In this document: positions 45,173 through 55,164 of the stretch, in pieces
Layout: each line of letters opens with the position of its first letter
How positions within the stretch are numbered: position 1 is the first letter of the stretch
IMG/VR virus record: IMGVR_UViG_3300035242_000035
Span: 17,073 to 81,072 of that record
Strand: one strand, 5' to 3'
DNA from: a virus
Length of the DNA: 64,000 nucleotides
The notes under the pieces: model-generated
Database searches by the model: none
What the model saw: the letters and a program-made list of their open reading frames with translations, nothing else
Told to the model about the DNA's origin: nothing
Program-made: the position numbers and the translations under genes

Positions 45173-46147
45173 ATGCCGGCCAACGCCAACTACAGCGAGA
45201 TCCTCGCGACCACCATCGAGTCGCGCAGCGGAGAGCTCGCCGACAACACCACGAAGAACAACGTCCTCTTCTCCCGCCTCAACTCGAAGGGAAACATCAA
45301 GTCGTTCTCCGGCGGGCACAAAGTCACCGAGGAGCTCGACTGGCAGGAGAACCCGAACTTCCAGTGGTACAGCGGCGCCGAGACGCTCGCGATGGCCCAG
45401 GGGGACGTGCTCACCGCCGCCGAGTTCGCGATCAAGCAGTGCGCCATCGCGGTGGTGATGACTGGGCTCGAGGGGCTGCAGAACTCCGGGCGGGAGCAGA
45501 TCATCGACCTGCTCGAGGGCCGGCTCGCCAACGCCGAGCGGACCATGATGAACCGCATGGCGCAGTCGGTGTATGGCGACGGCACCAGCTACGGCGGGCG
45601 CGAAATCACCGGCCTGGGCGCGGCGGTGGTGAGCGACCCCACCACGGGCACCTACGGCGGTATCGACCGCTCCGTCTCCGCCAACAGCTTCTGGCGCAAC
45701 AAGACCACCGGGGCCATCGGCGTCCAGACGGCGGCGACCATCCAGGGGGCCATGACCTCCCTGTATGTCGCCTGCAGCCGTGGCGCGGACAAGCCGGACC
45801 TCATCATCTTCGACAACACCCTCTACACCGCCTTCGCCAACTCGCTGCAGGTGCTCCAGCGCTTCACGGAGACCCGACAGGCGGAGCTGGGGTTCGAGTC
45901 CATCAAGTTCATGGGCGCCGACGTGGTGCTGGATGGCGGGGTCGGCGGCTACCAGGCCTCCGGCGTGGGGCACTTCCTGACCACCAAGTACATCCGGCTG
46001 CGGCCGCACTCGCGGCGCAACATGGTGCCGCTCTCGCCCAACAAGCGGTGGGCGCTGAACCAGGACGTCGAGGCGCAGTTCATCGCCTGGGCCGGCAACC
46101 TGACCACCTCCATCAGCTTCGTGCAGGGCTACTTCAACGGCAACTAG
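45173..46147 (+). CDS. Major capsid protein
   Basis: 324 aa; ATTIESRS..LADN, NSGREQIIDLL, YGDGT, TYGGIDRS...FWRN, WAGNLT. Confidence 0.92.
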   Translation: MPANANYSEILATTIESRSGELADNTTKNNVLFSRLNSKGNIKSFSGGHKVTEELDWQENPNFQWYSGAETLAMAQGDVLTAAEFAIKQCAIAVVMTGLEGLQNSGREQIIDLLEGRLANAERTMMNRMAQSVYGDGTSYGGREITGLGAAVVSDPTTGTYGGIDRSVSANSFWRNKTTGAIGVQTAATIQGAMTSLYVACSRGADKPDLIIFDNTLYTAFANSLQVLQRFTETRQAELGFESIKFMGADVVLDGGVGGYQASGVGHFLTTKYIRLRPHSRRNMVPLSPNKRWALNQDVEAQFIAWAGNLTTSISFVQGYFNGN

Positions 46148-46189
46148 GCCGGGCCTCGGGCACCGGAGAAAGAGAACGAGGGCACGACA

Positions 46190-46699
46190 ATGGCCTACAC
46201 GACCAACTGGAAGATCACCTCGCCGCTGGCGGGAACCCAGCCCATCGACCAGACCTCCACCACCAAGAACCAGGTGCTCGGCACCCGCGTCCAGGGCGTG
46301 GAGCTCGGGAACGACAACGGCATCGGGGAGTTCATCTACCTCAAGGGGGTGGCCAACACCGCGGCCGGCTCCTGGGTCACCTACAACCAGGACGACCACA
46401 CCACCGCGCTCCTGGCAGCGAACGCCATCGGGCCGGTGGCCATCGCGATGTCGGCGAACGTGGCCAGCCAGTACGGCTGGTACCAGGTCTTCGGCAAGGC
46501 GGTGGGCAAGTGCCTCGCCGCCTTCGCTGACGACGGCAACGTCTACGCCACCGCCACCGACGGGAGCGTGGACGACGCCGTGGTGGCCGGGGACCGGGTG
46601 AAGAACGCGAAGGGGGCGAGCGCCATCGATACGCCGGCCACCGGCCAGGCGGAGTTCGAGATCTCGTATCCCCTGATGGACGATGGGCTTTCGCAGTGA
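46190..46699 (+). CDS. Capsid decoration/minor head protein
   Basis: After MCP; GEFIYLKG, QYGWYQV.G. Confidence 0.7.
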   Translation: MAYTTNWKITSPLAGTQPIDQTSTTKNQVLGTRVQGVELGNDNGIGEFIYLKGVANTAAGSWVTYNQDDHTTALLAANAIGPVAIAMSANVASQYGWYQVFGKAVGKCLAAFADDGNVYATATDGSVDDAVVAGDRVKNAKGASAIDTPATGQAEFEISYPLMDDGLSQ

Positions 46700-46765
46700 T
46701 TCATGATTCTCCTTGGGTGGGGCGATGCGGTCTGGCACTCTCCGCTCCACCCAAGGAGGTTGTGC

Positions 46766-47302
46766 ATGCGTCAACGCGGGTGTCTTGCTCGCGAACTTGC
46801 CGCGCAGCGATGTGTGGCACGAGCCGTCCCGTTTGAGCAGCGCCTGGTCAAGAACGAGGTCACCGGCTGTCTGGAATGGTCCGGGGCTCGTGACCGGGAC
46901 GGATACGGCACCCTTCGCGCAGGGAGACGTGACCACAAAGCGCACCGGGTTGCTTTTGAGAAGGCGTTTGGTCCGATCCCGGCCGCCCGGGTTGTTTGTC
47001 ACCACTGCGACAACCCACCGTGCTGCAACCCGGAACATCTCTTTCTTGGCACGCCCGCGGAGAACAACCACGACCGCAACGCGAAGGGACGGCAGGCGCG
47101 AGGCGAGAGAAATGCGAACGCCAAGATCGCGGACGAAGACGTGCGGATGATTCGCAAGATGCTTGCTGAGGGCATGACTCAGGCTGCCGTCGGACGCGTA
47201 TTCGGCGTCCACCAGACGTGCATTTCACGGATACATTCGAGGACCGGGTGGGCGCACGTTCCTGACGACGTGGGTGGCAACCAAAACCAGAAGCAGGCGT
47301 AA
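46766..47302 (+). CDS. HNH homing endonuclease with C-terminal HTH
   Basis: CLEWSG..DGYG, AHRVAF, VCHHCDNPPCCNPEHL.LGT..EN..D; lower GC insertion in head operon. Confidence 0.92.
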   Translation: MRQRGCLARELAAQRCVARAVPFEQRLVKNEVTGCLEWSGARDRDGYGTLRAGRRDHKAHRVAFEKAFGPIPAARVVCHHCDNPPCCNPEHLFLGTPAENNHDRNAKGRQARGERNANAKIADEDVRMIRKMLAEGMTQAAVGRVFGVHQTCISRIHSRTGWAHVPDDVGGNQNQKQA

Positions 47303-47319
47303 CGACAGGAGGAGCGGAC

Positions 47320-48303
47320 ATGCAGGTGGCGGACGCGGAGTACTACGATTTCATGCTGGGCACCCCGGAGGCCCACGGACTGGGAGTGGCCTCGCAGATG
47401 GGCCCGGCGGCGGCGGCGGACGCGAAGCTCAACGTCCGCTTCTACGAGAAGTCGCGCGAGGCGGTGATGTGCTCGGACTGCGCGGCGGCCCAGCGCGCGC
47501 CGGCGCCCCAGGGGCTCGACGGGCTGCTGCTCGCGGCCCAGATGCAGCTGCCGCAGGCGCCGAAGGTGGCCCCGCGGACCCCGGGCGAGGGTTGTTGCTC
47601 CACCAACGCCGGCCGCCCCATCTACAAGGGGGTGGTGTACGTCTCCATCCGCAACCCCGGGGACAAGGACACCATCGTGGACCGCGAGGCCCGCGTGGAC
47701 CCGAAGAAGCTGCTCCCTGACGGCGGCCCCGGCGACGTGGACGCCCGGCGCTTCCCGCGGCAGTGGGCGGCTTTCAGGTCGAAGCGGGACCAGGCGACCG
47801 CCGCTGGCACCCCGCTGATGGTGCTGGTGCACGTCACGCCGCCCATCCTCACCGCCGACCAGGTGGAGGAGATGCGGCACCTCCCCGGGAGCCCCATTCA
47901 CACCGTGGAGCAGCTGGCTGGTTTGCCGGACACCGTGTGCGATGGTTTCCGGGGCTTCAAGGCGCTCCGCGACCGCGCCAGCGAGTACCTGGCGCGGACC
48001 CGCGCCGAGGCCCCGCTGGCGATGGTGCAGGCGATGCGCGAGCAGGAGCGCCAGCGGGCCGAGCAGCTCGAGGCCGCCCTCGCGCAGCAGGGCGAGCGGA
48101 TGAAGCAGCAGGACATGCAGATCCAGGCGCTGATGGACGAGGTGCGGAGCATGGGCGCCCGGGCCGCGCCCAGCGTCCCGCCCGCGGCGACGCCGTTCAC
48201 CACCGAGCCCGTCCAGGCCGCGCTGATGGCCGAGCCCGCGGGTGGGCCGGTGATCGCGGTCGTCGACAAGCCGAGCAAGGGCGGGAAGGGCGGTGCCCGA
48301 TGA
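47320..48303 (+). CDS. Conserved head-tail region protein
   Basis: GRPIY, PGDK.T.VDR, RFPRQWAAF, GTPL, IHTVEQLA; coiled-coil tail. Confidence 0.75.
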   Translation: MQVADAEYYDFMLGTPEAHGLGVASQMGPAAAADAKLNVRFYEKSREAVMCSDCAAAQRAPAPQGLDGLLLAAQMQLPQAPKVAPRTPGEGCCSTNAGRPIYKGVVYVSIRNPGDKDTIVDREARVDPKKLLPDGGPGDVDARRFPRQWAAFRSKRDQATAAGTPLMVLVHVTPPILTADQVEEMRHLPGSPIHTVEQLAGLPDTVCDGFRGFKALRDRASEYLARTRAEAPLAMVQAMREQERQRAEQLEAALAQQGERMKQQDMQIQALMDEVRSMGARAAPSVPPAATPFTTEPVQAALMAEPAGGPVIAVVDKPSKGGKGGAR

Positions 48304-48842
48304 AGGCGCGCTTCGAGCTGCGGCTGATCACCAAGGCTGACGGTAACGCCGAGTTGGTGGAGCACGTGGCGCTGCAAGCCGACTCGCACAACGAGGTGGT
48401 GCGGCCGGCCACGGACGACGACAGGCATCGCTGGCGGGCGGAGTACGAGGCGTTCAAGGCAGGCGGTGCCGAGGCGGAGGACGCGTCCGGCACCCTCGCG
48501 GAGCGGGACGAGGCCCTGAAGAAGGTGGCCGAGCTTGCCGCCGCGCTCGAGGAGGCGGCTCGGACCAACGCCGACCTCAAGATGAAGTTGGAGGGCATGG
48601 CGGCGCTGGCCGACCGTGACCGCGCCGCGAAGGAGTCCCTCGCCGAGGCGCTGGAAGAGGCGGTCCGCCGCGCGTCCGCCGCGGAGGCCTCGGCTGCCGA
48701 GCTCCAGCAGGCCCTGGCGGCCCGTCAGGACGAGGTGAAGCAGGGCGAGCCCGCCGCGTCCGAGACGGTGCCGGTCGGCGATGACCCCGCCCAGCCCGAG
48801 GGCGTCGCCGACAAGCACAAGCGCCGGTCCAAGAGGGAGTAG
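48300..48842 (+). CDS. Coiled-coil protein
   Basis: ATGA coupling; VRPATDDDRHRW..EYEAFK resembles the upstream gene. Confidence 0.7.
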   Translation: MKARFELRLITKADGNAELVEHVALQADSHNEVVRPATDDDRHRWRAEYEAFKAGGAEAEDASGTLAERDEALKKVAELAAALEEAARTNADLKMKLEGMAALADRDRAAKESLAEALEEAVRRASAAEASAAELQQALAARQDEVKQGEPAASETVPVGDDPAQPEGVADKHKRRSKRE

Positions 48843-48845
48843 TCC

Positions 48846-49577
48846 GTGCCGGTCCCGTTCTCGGCCACCGCGGGCGCGATCCTCAACCGCGCCTGCACCC
48901 AACTGGGATTGTCCACCGCGGCGGACCCGTACGCCTCGACGGACGCCACCATCGTCCAGCTCCGCGACCTCTTCGTCTCGTTGGGCAAGGATTTGGTGAA
49001 GGAGCACGCCTGGAGCCAACTCACCCGGCCGGCCGTCTATACCACGACGGCGGGACTCCCTCTCTACTCCTTGCCCCCGAGCTTCGACCGCCACATCCCC
49101 CAGACGGTGTGGGACCGAAGCAACGACGTGCGCCCAGGTCCCATCGGTGGGCCGGAGTTCCAGCGCCTCAAGGCGTGGGGGCTCTCCACGGCCGGCTACA
49201 TCTTCGTGCGCTTCACGGCCCAGGGGGTCTCCCTCTACCCGGACTCCGGCACGCCGGGCGGCGTGGAGTTCGCCTTCGAGTACGTCTCCTCGTACTGGGT
49301 GGCGGCCACGGGCCTCCCGACCCTCGGCACCAAGGAGGCCCCGACGCTCTCCAGCGATGTGCCTCTGTACGACGAGGAGCTCCTGGTCAAGGGGCTGAAG
49401 CTCTACTGGCGGCGCGAGAAGGGCTTCGACGCCGTGGAGGCGGAGCGCGCCTACAACTCGCGGTTGGAGAAGCTGCGCTCGGCGGACGCGCCCGGCGGTG
49501 TCCTCAGCATGAACCGCCGGGAGAACACGCAGTTGCTCGGTGAGCACAACATCCCGCCCACCGGGTGGGGGACCTGA
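48846..49577 (+). CDS. Head-tail adaptor (tail tubular protein A-like)
   Basis: Position; W..L, YSLP..FDR...T.WDRS, FEYVSS.W, DEELL..GLK....EKGFD. Confidence 0.78.
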   Translation: MPVPFSATAGAILNRACTQLGLSTAADPYASTDATIVQLRDLFVSLGKDLVKEHAWSQLTRPAVYTTTAGLPLYSLPPSFDRHIPQTVWDRSNDVRPGPIGGPEFQRLKAWGLSTAGYIFVRFTAQGVSLYPDSGTPGGVEFAFEYVSSYWVAATGLPTLGTKEAPTLSSDVPLYDEELLVKGLKLYWRREKGFDAVEAERAYNSRLEKLRSADAPGGVLSMNRRENTQLLGEHNIPPTGWGT

Positions 49578-49582
49578 CGGCG

Positions 49583-51376
49583 ATGTCATCCCGGTCTGCT
49601 CCCATCCGCTTCCCGGCGCCGGTCGCGGGGATGAACGCCGTCACCCCGCCGGACGAGCTCGCCCCGCTCGAGGCCCTGCGCCTGGTGAACGTGGTGGGCG
49701 GCGAGATGGGCTGCCAGACGCGGCTCGGGTGGCGGGAGTGGTGCACTGGGCTGGCCGGTCTCGCCTCGAACGAGGTGCGATCGGTCATCCCCTTCACGGG
49801 CACCCGGACCGACGGCTCCTCCAACAAACTCTTCGCGGCCACCCAGGTGGGCATCTACGACTGCACCACCCAGGGTGTCCTCGGCGCGCCGCTGGTGTCG
49901 TTCGTGACGACCATCGGGGACGCCGGGTACGTTGCCTCGGTGGCCGTGACCACCCAGGCCGGCGGTTTCCTGATGGCCTGCGACGAGGCGAACGGGCTCT
50001 ACCGCTACTCGGAGCCCGCCGTCGCCTGGACGAGGGTGCCGGCCGGGACGACGGTCGCCTGGGCCAACGCCACCGCCTATCAGGTGGGTGACCGCGTGGT
50101 GAACGGCGGCAACGTCTACGTCTGCGACACGGCCGGGACCAGCGCGGTGGCGCCGGCGACCGGGCCGTCCGGGACGGGCGCCAACATCGTGGACGGCTCG
50201 ACGCGCTGGGACTACGTGTCGGCCTCCGTCACCGGGGCGATTGGCCCGTCGCTGGCGGACCAGCGCGCCGGGCTGTCCCTGGACCCGGCCAACCTCGTCT
50301 TCGCCGCCGTGTGGAAGTCCAGGGTGTGGCTGGTGGAGCGGAACACCACCCGGGCCTGGTACCTGGAGGCGGGCGCGGTGGCCGGGACGGCCAACAGCTT
50401 CGACTTCGGGGCCAAGATGAGCAAAGGCGGCGCGCTCGTCGGGCTGTGGAACTGGAGCTACGACAACAGCGGCGGGATGGAGACGCTCCTCGTCGGCGTG
50501 TCGTCGGCCGGGGACGTCGTCATCTACCAGGGCACGGACCCGGCCTCCGCGAGCACCTTCGGGATCAAGGGGTGCTGGTCCGTCGGTGGGCTCCCGAAGG
50601 GGCGGCGGATCGCCACCGACTTCGGAGGGGAGATGCTCCTGCTCTCCACCCTGGGTAGCGTTCCACTCTCCAAGCTCGTCGTCGGCGCCGAGGGCGGCGA
50701 GCAGTACCAAACTCAGCGGATCCAGCCCATCTTCAACCAGGCCGTGGCCTACTCCGGCCATCTGCTCGGGTGGTCGATGGTGCTCCACCCGAACGACAAC
50801 ACGTTGTTGGTGCTCGTACCGGCGCCGGGCGGGCAGGAGCCGTACCAGTTGGCGATGAGCTTCGCGACCAAGGGCTGGTCCGTGTACGAGGACTTGCCGA
50901 TGTTCAGCGCGGCCGTCTGGCAGGGGCTGCTCTACTTCGGGACGACCGACGGTCGGGTGTGCGTGAACGACGGAGCGCTGGACGCGCGGTTGCTCTCCAA
51001 CCCCAACAGCTACAGCCCCATCACGTGGAAGGTGCTCACGGGGTTCCGCTCGCTCGGGCAGTCCAACCATAAGCACCCGGTGCTCGCCCGCGTGTCGCTG
51101 AAGACGGGCTCCATCCTGCCGGTGGTGCAGGTGACCGCGCGCTACGACTTCGACACCACCGAGCCGGACGCGCCCGTGGGGCTCCCCGGTGGCTCCGGGT
51201 GGGACGTGGACCGCTGGGACGTCGGGCTGTGGAGCGGCGAGCTCCCGCCGCAGCTACCGCAGCGTGGCGTGGTGGGGGTTGGCCGGGACGTGGCGCTCTG
51301 GCTGATGGGCAACGTCACCAGCAGGACCACGCTCATCGGGGTGGATCTCTACATGGAAAACGGGGGCGTGTGGTGA
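49583..51376 (+). CDS. Tail nozzle (tail tubular protein B / P22 gp10-like) with inserted CBM5/12-like domain
   Basis: PAPV.GMNA, KSRVWLVE...AWYL, IYQGTDP, WD...WD...W. Confidence 0.82.
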   Translation: MSSRSAPIRFPAPVAGMNAVTPPDELAPLEALRLVNVVGGEMGCQTRLGWREWCTGLAGLASNEVRSVIPFTGTRTDGSSNKLFAATQVGIYDCTTQGVLGAPLVSFVTTIGDAGYVASVAVTTQAGGFLMACDEANGLYRYSEPAVAWTRVPAGTTVAWANATAYQVGDRVVNGGNVYVCDTAGTSAVAPATGPSGTGANIVDGSTRWDYVSASVTGAIGPSLADQRAGLSLDPANLVFAAVWKSRVWLVERNTTRAWYLEAGAVAGTANSFDFGAKMSKGGALVGLWNWSYDNSGGMETLLVGVSSAGDVVIYQGTDPASASTFGIKGCWSVGGLPKGRRIATDFGGEMLLLSTLGSVPLSKLVVGAEGGEQYQTQRIQPIFNQAVAYSGHLLGWSMVLHPNDNTLLVLVPAPGGQEPYQLAMSFATKGWSVYEDLPMFSAAVWQGLLYFGTTDGRVCVNDGALDARLLSNPNSYSPITWKVLTGFRSLGQSNHKHPVLARVSLKTGSILPVVQVTARYDFDTTEPDAPVGLPGGSGWDVDRWDVGLWSGELPPQLPQRGVVGVGRDVALWLMGNVTSRTTLIGVDLYMENGGVW

Positions 51377-51843
51377 TCGTCACCGCCGCCAGCCCGGAGC
51401 ACGCGCTCTGGTTCTTCGAGCAGACCCGGTACCGCTTCGGCGGCGGCTGGCGTGGCATCGTCGCGCTCACCGCCGCCGGCCAGGTGCGCGGGATGGTCGG
51501 CTACGACGGCTGGACTGAGAACGCGGTGCAGATGCACGTGGCGCTGCCGGATCCCCGCGCGGCGCTCGCGCTCGTCCGGCCAGCCTTCTCCTACCCGTTC
51601 GAGGAGATCGGCGTGAAGGTGGCTTACGGCCTCACCCCGGCCGACAACCACCGCGGGCTCGCGCTGGCGAGCCGGCTCGGGTTCCGGCAGGTCTACCGCC
51701 TGCAGGACGGCTGGGCGGACGGGGTGGACCTCGTGCTCTCGGAGATGAGGCGGGAGGAGTGCCGGTGGCTGCTCCCGAAGCCGGGCGGCGGTAGGATGTT
51801 CCACGTGGAGCATGTCGCCGCCCCTGCGGCGGGAGGTGGGTAA
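51373..51843 (+). CDS. GNAT-family acetyltransferase (tail module)
   Basis: GMVGYD, AFSYPFEE.G, DNHRGL.L..RLGF; usual position after nozzle. Confidence 0.82.
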   Translation: MIVTAASPEHALWFFEQTRYRFGGGWRGIVALTAAGQVRGMVGYDGWTENAVQMHVALPDPRAALALVRPAFSYPFEEIGVKVAYGLTPADNHRGLALASRLGFRQVYRLQDGWADGVDLVLSEMRREECRWLLPKPGGGRMFHVEHVAAPAAGGG

Positions 51844-51845
51844 CC

Positions 51846-53087
51846 ATGAGCCAAGGACCGAAGCAGCAGCCCCCGCAGTACGGCGGCGCCGGCCAGGCGC
51901 AGCAGGGCCAGCCCAGACCGCGCTCGACCGTGTTCGGCGACGCCGCGGGCGTCCTCCCGTACCTCAACCCCTTCACGGCCCCGTGGGCGATCGGTGACAA
52001 GGTGTTCAACGGGGGGCGCGGGGTCGAGCGCGCGCAGGACTGGATCAACACCCAGGCCGACAGCATGGGGTTGGGCGGTCCCCCGCCGACACCGGACTAC
52101 GCCTCCGCGGCCGAGAAGACGGCCCAGGGCAACGCCGCCAACCTCGCGCAGCAGACCGCACAGAACCGGCCGGGGCAGTCCACGCCCTTCGCCTCCACCT
52201 CGTGGACGGTCGGGCCCGACGGCAAGCCACAGCAGACCACCGCGCTCGCAGGCGGGCTCGGGACAGCCGCCGGTAACCTGAGCCAGCAGATCGGCGGCAT
52301 GGGCGGGGTGGACTTCTCCAGCCTGCCGGCCCTCAACTACGGCGAGGAGGCGGGGAAGCGCGCCTACGAGACCACCTACGGCGAGTCCGCCCGACGGCTC
52401 GACCCGGCCTTCAACCAGCGCGAGGATGCGCTCCGGACGCGGCTGCTCAACCAGGGACTGGACCCCAACAGCCAGGCGGCGCGCGGGGCAATGTCGCAGC
52501 TGGGGCAGGAGCGGGAGGACGCCTACAGCGGCGCGCGCGCTCAAGCGTTCGGCCAGGGGCAGCAGGCCCAGCAGCAGGCATTCGGCCAGTCACTGGCGGC
52601 GCGCGGGCAAAGCCTCTCGGAGTTGATCCGCGGGCGGCAGATGCCATACGAGGAGCTCGCGAAGCTCCAGGGCCTGACGCAGATGCCAGACTTCCAGCGC
52701 GCCGGGCTCGCCGAGGGTCCGGACTACCTCCGCTCGCTCGGGATGCAGGACGCGGCCGACATGGGGCGTTACCAGGCGAACCAGCAGTTCTGGAGCGACC
52801 TCGCGGGCGGCGCCGGGCAGGCCGGCTCGCAGACCATCAGCTCGCTGCTGCCGCTCCTGCTCTCGGGTGGATCCGACGCGCGGATCAAGCGCGCCATCCG
52901 CCGGCTCAAGACCCACCTGCTCCCGGGCGTGCCGCTGGCCACCTGGGAGTACCTGGCGATCCCGGGCCGCCGGTGGCTCGGCGTCATCGCCCAGGACCTG
53001 GCGCGCGTGGCGCCGCACCTCGTCTTCCCCGGCGCGGACGGCGTGCTCCGCGTCCCCTTCCTCCCCATCGAGGTGACCCATGGCTGA
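51846..53087 (+). CDS. DNA ejection/pilot protein with C-terminal S74 chaperone domain
   Basis: PPTPDY..AA, NRP.Q.TPF, L.NQG; SDARIK...GVIAQDL..VAP. Confidence 0.78.
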   Translation: MSQGPKQQPPQYGGAGQAQQGQPRPRSTVFGDAAGVLPYLNPFTAPWAIGDKVFNGGRGVERAQDWINTQADSMGLGGPPPTPDYASAAEKTAQGNAANLAQQTAQNRPGQSTPFASTSWTVGPDGKPQQTTALAGGLGTAAGNLSQQIGGMGGVDFSSLPALNYGEEAGKRAYETTYGESARRLDPAFNQREDALRTRLLNQGLDPNSQAARGAMSQLGQEREDAYSGARAQAFGQGQQAQQQAFGQSLAARGQSLSELIRGRQMPYEELAKLQGLTQMPDFQRAGLAEGPDYLRSLGMQDAADMGRYQANQQFWSDLAGGAGQAGSQTISSLLPLLLSGGSDARIKRAIRRLKTHLLPGVPLATWEYLAIPGRRWLGVIAQDLARVAPHLVFPGADGVLRVPFLPIEVTHG

Positions 53088-53487
53088 GATGAACGGCGGC
53101 GACGCCGACATGCTGGCGTACATCCAAACGATGACGCCCGAGGAGTTGGACCGCCTGCTCGGGCTCGGCTCGTTCGGCCAGCGGGAGCAGCTGCTCGAGG
53201 AGGAGGCGGCCCGGGCTCAGGCGATGCAGCAGCCGCGCGGCACGCGGTACTCGACCGGCGGCGGCGCGCTGCTCGGGGCGGTGGGCGACGTGGCCGGGGC
53301 GCTGGGCGGCAGCATGTACGCGGACCTCATCCGCGGGAAGCGGAGCCAACTGCTCGACGAGACGGACCAGAGGCGGCGCTTGCTGGCCGAGGCCGCGAAG
53401 CGCGTGGCGGCCCGCGACGACTTCGCCAAGCAGATGAAGGGCGCTGGCGCGGGCGACATGGTGCCCGGGCCGTTCCGGCTCGGGTAG
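53080..53487 (+). CDS. Probable small ejection protein
   Basis: Gly/Ala helical protein in ejection cluster. Confidence 0.6.
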   Translation: MAEMNGGDADMLAYIQTMTPEELDRLLGLGSFGQREQLLEEEAARAQAMQQPRGTRYSTGGGALLGAVGDVAGALGGSMYADLIRGKRSQLLDETDQRRRLLAEAAKRVAARDDFAKQMKGAGAGDMVPGPFRLG

Positions 53488-53512
53488 AGAGGTTGAAGGG
53501 GAGGGTACGGGC

Positions 53513-53869
53513 TTGAACGGGCACCTGGACGCGGCGTTGAAGGTGGGCGGTCTGCTGATCGCCGGGCTCGGCCTGGCCGGCGGGACCGTCATCGGCGCAG
53601 CGCGCCTCAGCGTCGCCGGCGTCGAGGCGAAGGTCGACGCGGAGAAGGAGCTCGTCCGCGAGCGGCTGCGCCACCTCGAGGACGCGCAGGTAGAGGACCG
53701 CCGGGTGCAACGCGAGACGCTCCATTCCGTGGACCGGAAGGTGGACGGGCTCGAGCGTGCGGTGGTGGAGACCAAGGAGAGCGTGGACCTGATGCGGCGC
53801 GTCTTGCTCCCGAGGGACACGCCGGCAGGGCCGACCCGGCGCGGGCCCGTGGCGAGGGACATCCCGTGA
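53513..53869 (+). CDS. Single-TM coiled-coil protein (holin-like?)
   Basis: N-terminal TM helix then coiled coil. Confidence 0.5.
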   Translation: MNGHLDAALKVGGLLIAGLGLAGGTVIGAARLSVAGVEAKVDAEKELVRERLRHLEDAQVEDRRVQRETLHSVDRKVDGLERAVVETKESVDLMRRVLLPRDTPAGPTRRGPVARDIP

Positions 53870-54153
53870 CGTTGCTCGCTATCATCTGGGCGCTGACCTT
53901 CGGCGGCGCACCCGGCCCGTCTGGCGGAGCTCCGCGGCCGGTGCCGGACCCTCTGGCGAAGGTGTGCGGCAAGGACGCCGACTGCGGCCAGGGGCGAATC
54001 TGCCACTTCAACCCGGCGTGGGATCCGGCCCGGGCCTGCGTCGTCGGCTGCCGCCCCTCGAAGCCCAACTGCCCCCCGAAGTACACCTGCGTCCGCGACG
54101 ACGCCGGCTGGTACCGCTGCCGCGGACCTGACGGCACCCTCATGGGAGACTGA
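53866..54153 (+). CDS. Small Cys-rich exported protein
   Basis: Signal-like N-terminus; C..DADC..G.IC motif, 8 Cys. Confidence 0.65.
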   Translation: MTLLAIIWALTFGGAPGPSGGAPRPVPDPLAKVCGKDADCGQGRICHFNPAWDPARACVVGCRPSKPNCPPKYTCVRDDAGWYRCRGPDGTLMGD

Positions 54154-54156
54154 GCG

Positions 54157-55164
54157 ATGGCCGAGCTGAACCTCTACGACTTGCTGGCGGGCGGGGAACC
54201 CTCGGCGCGGGAGCAGGCGGCGCTGATGGCGCAGCGGATCCGCGGACGGAGCGGCCTGGGCGAACTGGCGCTCCTGACCGGGGATCCGGTGCTGGGGCGG
54301 TTCGGCCAGGCGCTGACCCAACGAGGGGCCGGCGACCAGGAGTTGCTCGCGAATGCCCTCACCGGGCGCGCGCAACGCGAGTTCCAGGCCCGCGGCGAGA
54401 TGGACCCGGCCGGGGACGCGCTCCGGCAGGTCGGTCTCCGCCTCCGGGTCAACCTCCCGGCCGACATGCCCACCCGGAAGGCGAAGGAAGCGCTGGACTA
54501 CGCGGAGAAGGCGTACGCGGCCGAGCAGCGGGGCAACGAGTTGGCGCTCAACCGGGAGGCGATGCGCTCAGCGAAGGACGACGCGCGCCGGGAGACGCAG
54601 CAGCGCCAGCTCTCCGAGGAAGTCGGCAAGATGGGGGCCCCGAACTTCTACCAGAAGTACTCCGAGGCGAGGCCGATCATCGACACCAACAAGGACCTCC
54701 CCGGGGTGGGGCCACTGGCCGGCCACCTGCCAGACATGCTGGTGTCCCAGCAGGGGAAGGAACTTCGGCAGGCCGTGGGCCAGATGTTGGCCGAGTACCG
54801 GAAGGGCATCACGGGCGCGGGGATGTCCGACGCTGAGCGGGCAGAGTACGGGCACATCACGGGCCTGTTGGAGAAGGGCGACGAGGCCGCCTACCGCTCC
54901 GGCGTCGAGCGCCTGAAGCGCGCGATGGACGCGCGGATGCAGGCCGCGGCCGGGGGGTATCCGCAGGAGGTGGTCGAGTCCTACGGCGCGCGGGTTCCTG
55001 GCGTCGGCGCCGCTCTCCGCGGGCAGGCGGGCGCGGCCCCCGGCCCTGCGCAGGCAGGCAGTGGTCGTCCTCCCGGCACCAAGGTTTTCTACAGCGCCAA
55101 GACGAACAAGACGAAGCTCGTCTACCCGGACGGGCGCGAGGAGATCCGCGATGGCAAGCCCTGA
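54157..55164 (+). CDS. DNA ejection protein
   Basis: Helical; TGAGMSDAE motif; position. Confidence 0.65.
   Translation: MAELNLYDLLAGGEPSAREQAALMAQRIRGRSGLGELALLTGDPVLGRFGQALTQRGAGDQELLANALTGRAQREFQARGEMDPAGDALRQVGLRLRVNLPADMPTRKAKEALDYAEKAYAAEQRGNELALNREAMRSAKDDARRETQQRQLSEEVGKMGAPNFYQKYSEARPIIDTNKDLPGVGPLAGHLPDMLVSQQGKELRQAVGQMLAEYRKGITGAGMSDAERAEYGHITGLLEKGDEAAYRSGVERLKRAMDARMQAAAGGYPQEVVESYGARVPGVGAALRGQAGAAPGPAQAGSGRPPGTKVFYSAKTNKTKLVYPDGREEIRDGKP

Noticed and set aside
43739-47212. 1157-aa minus-strand ORF and other long antisense ORFs
   Set aside because: Shadow frames of scaffold, MCP and other genes caused by high GC3; no motifs.
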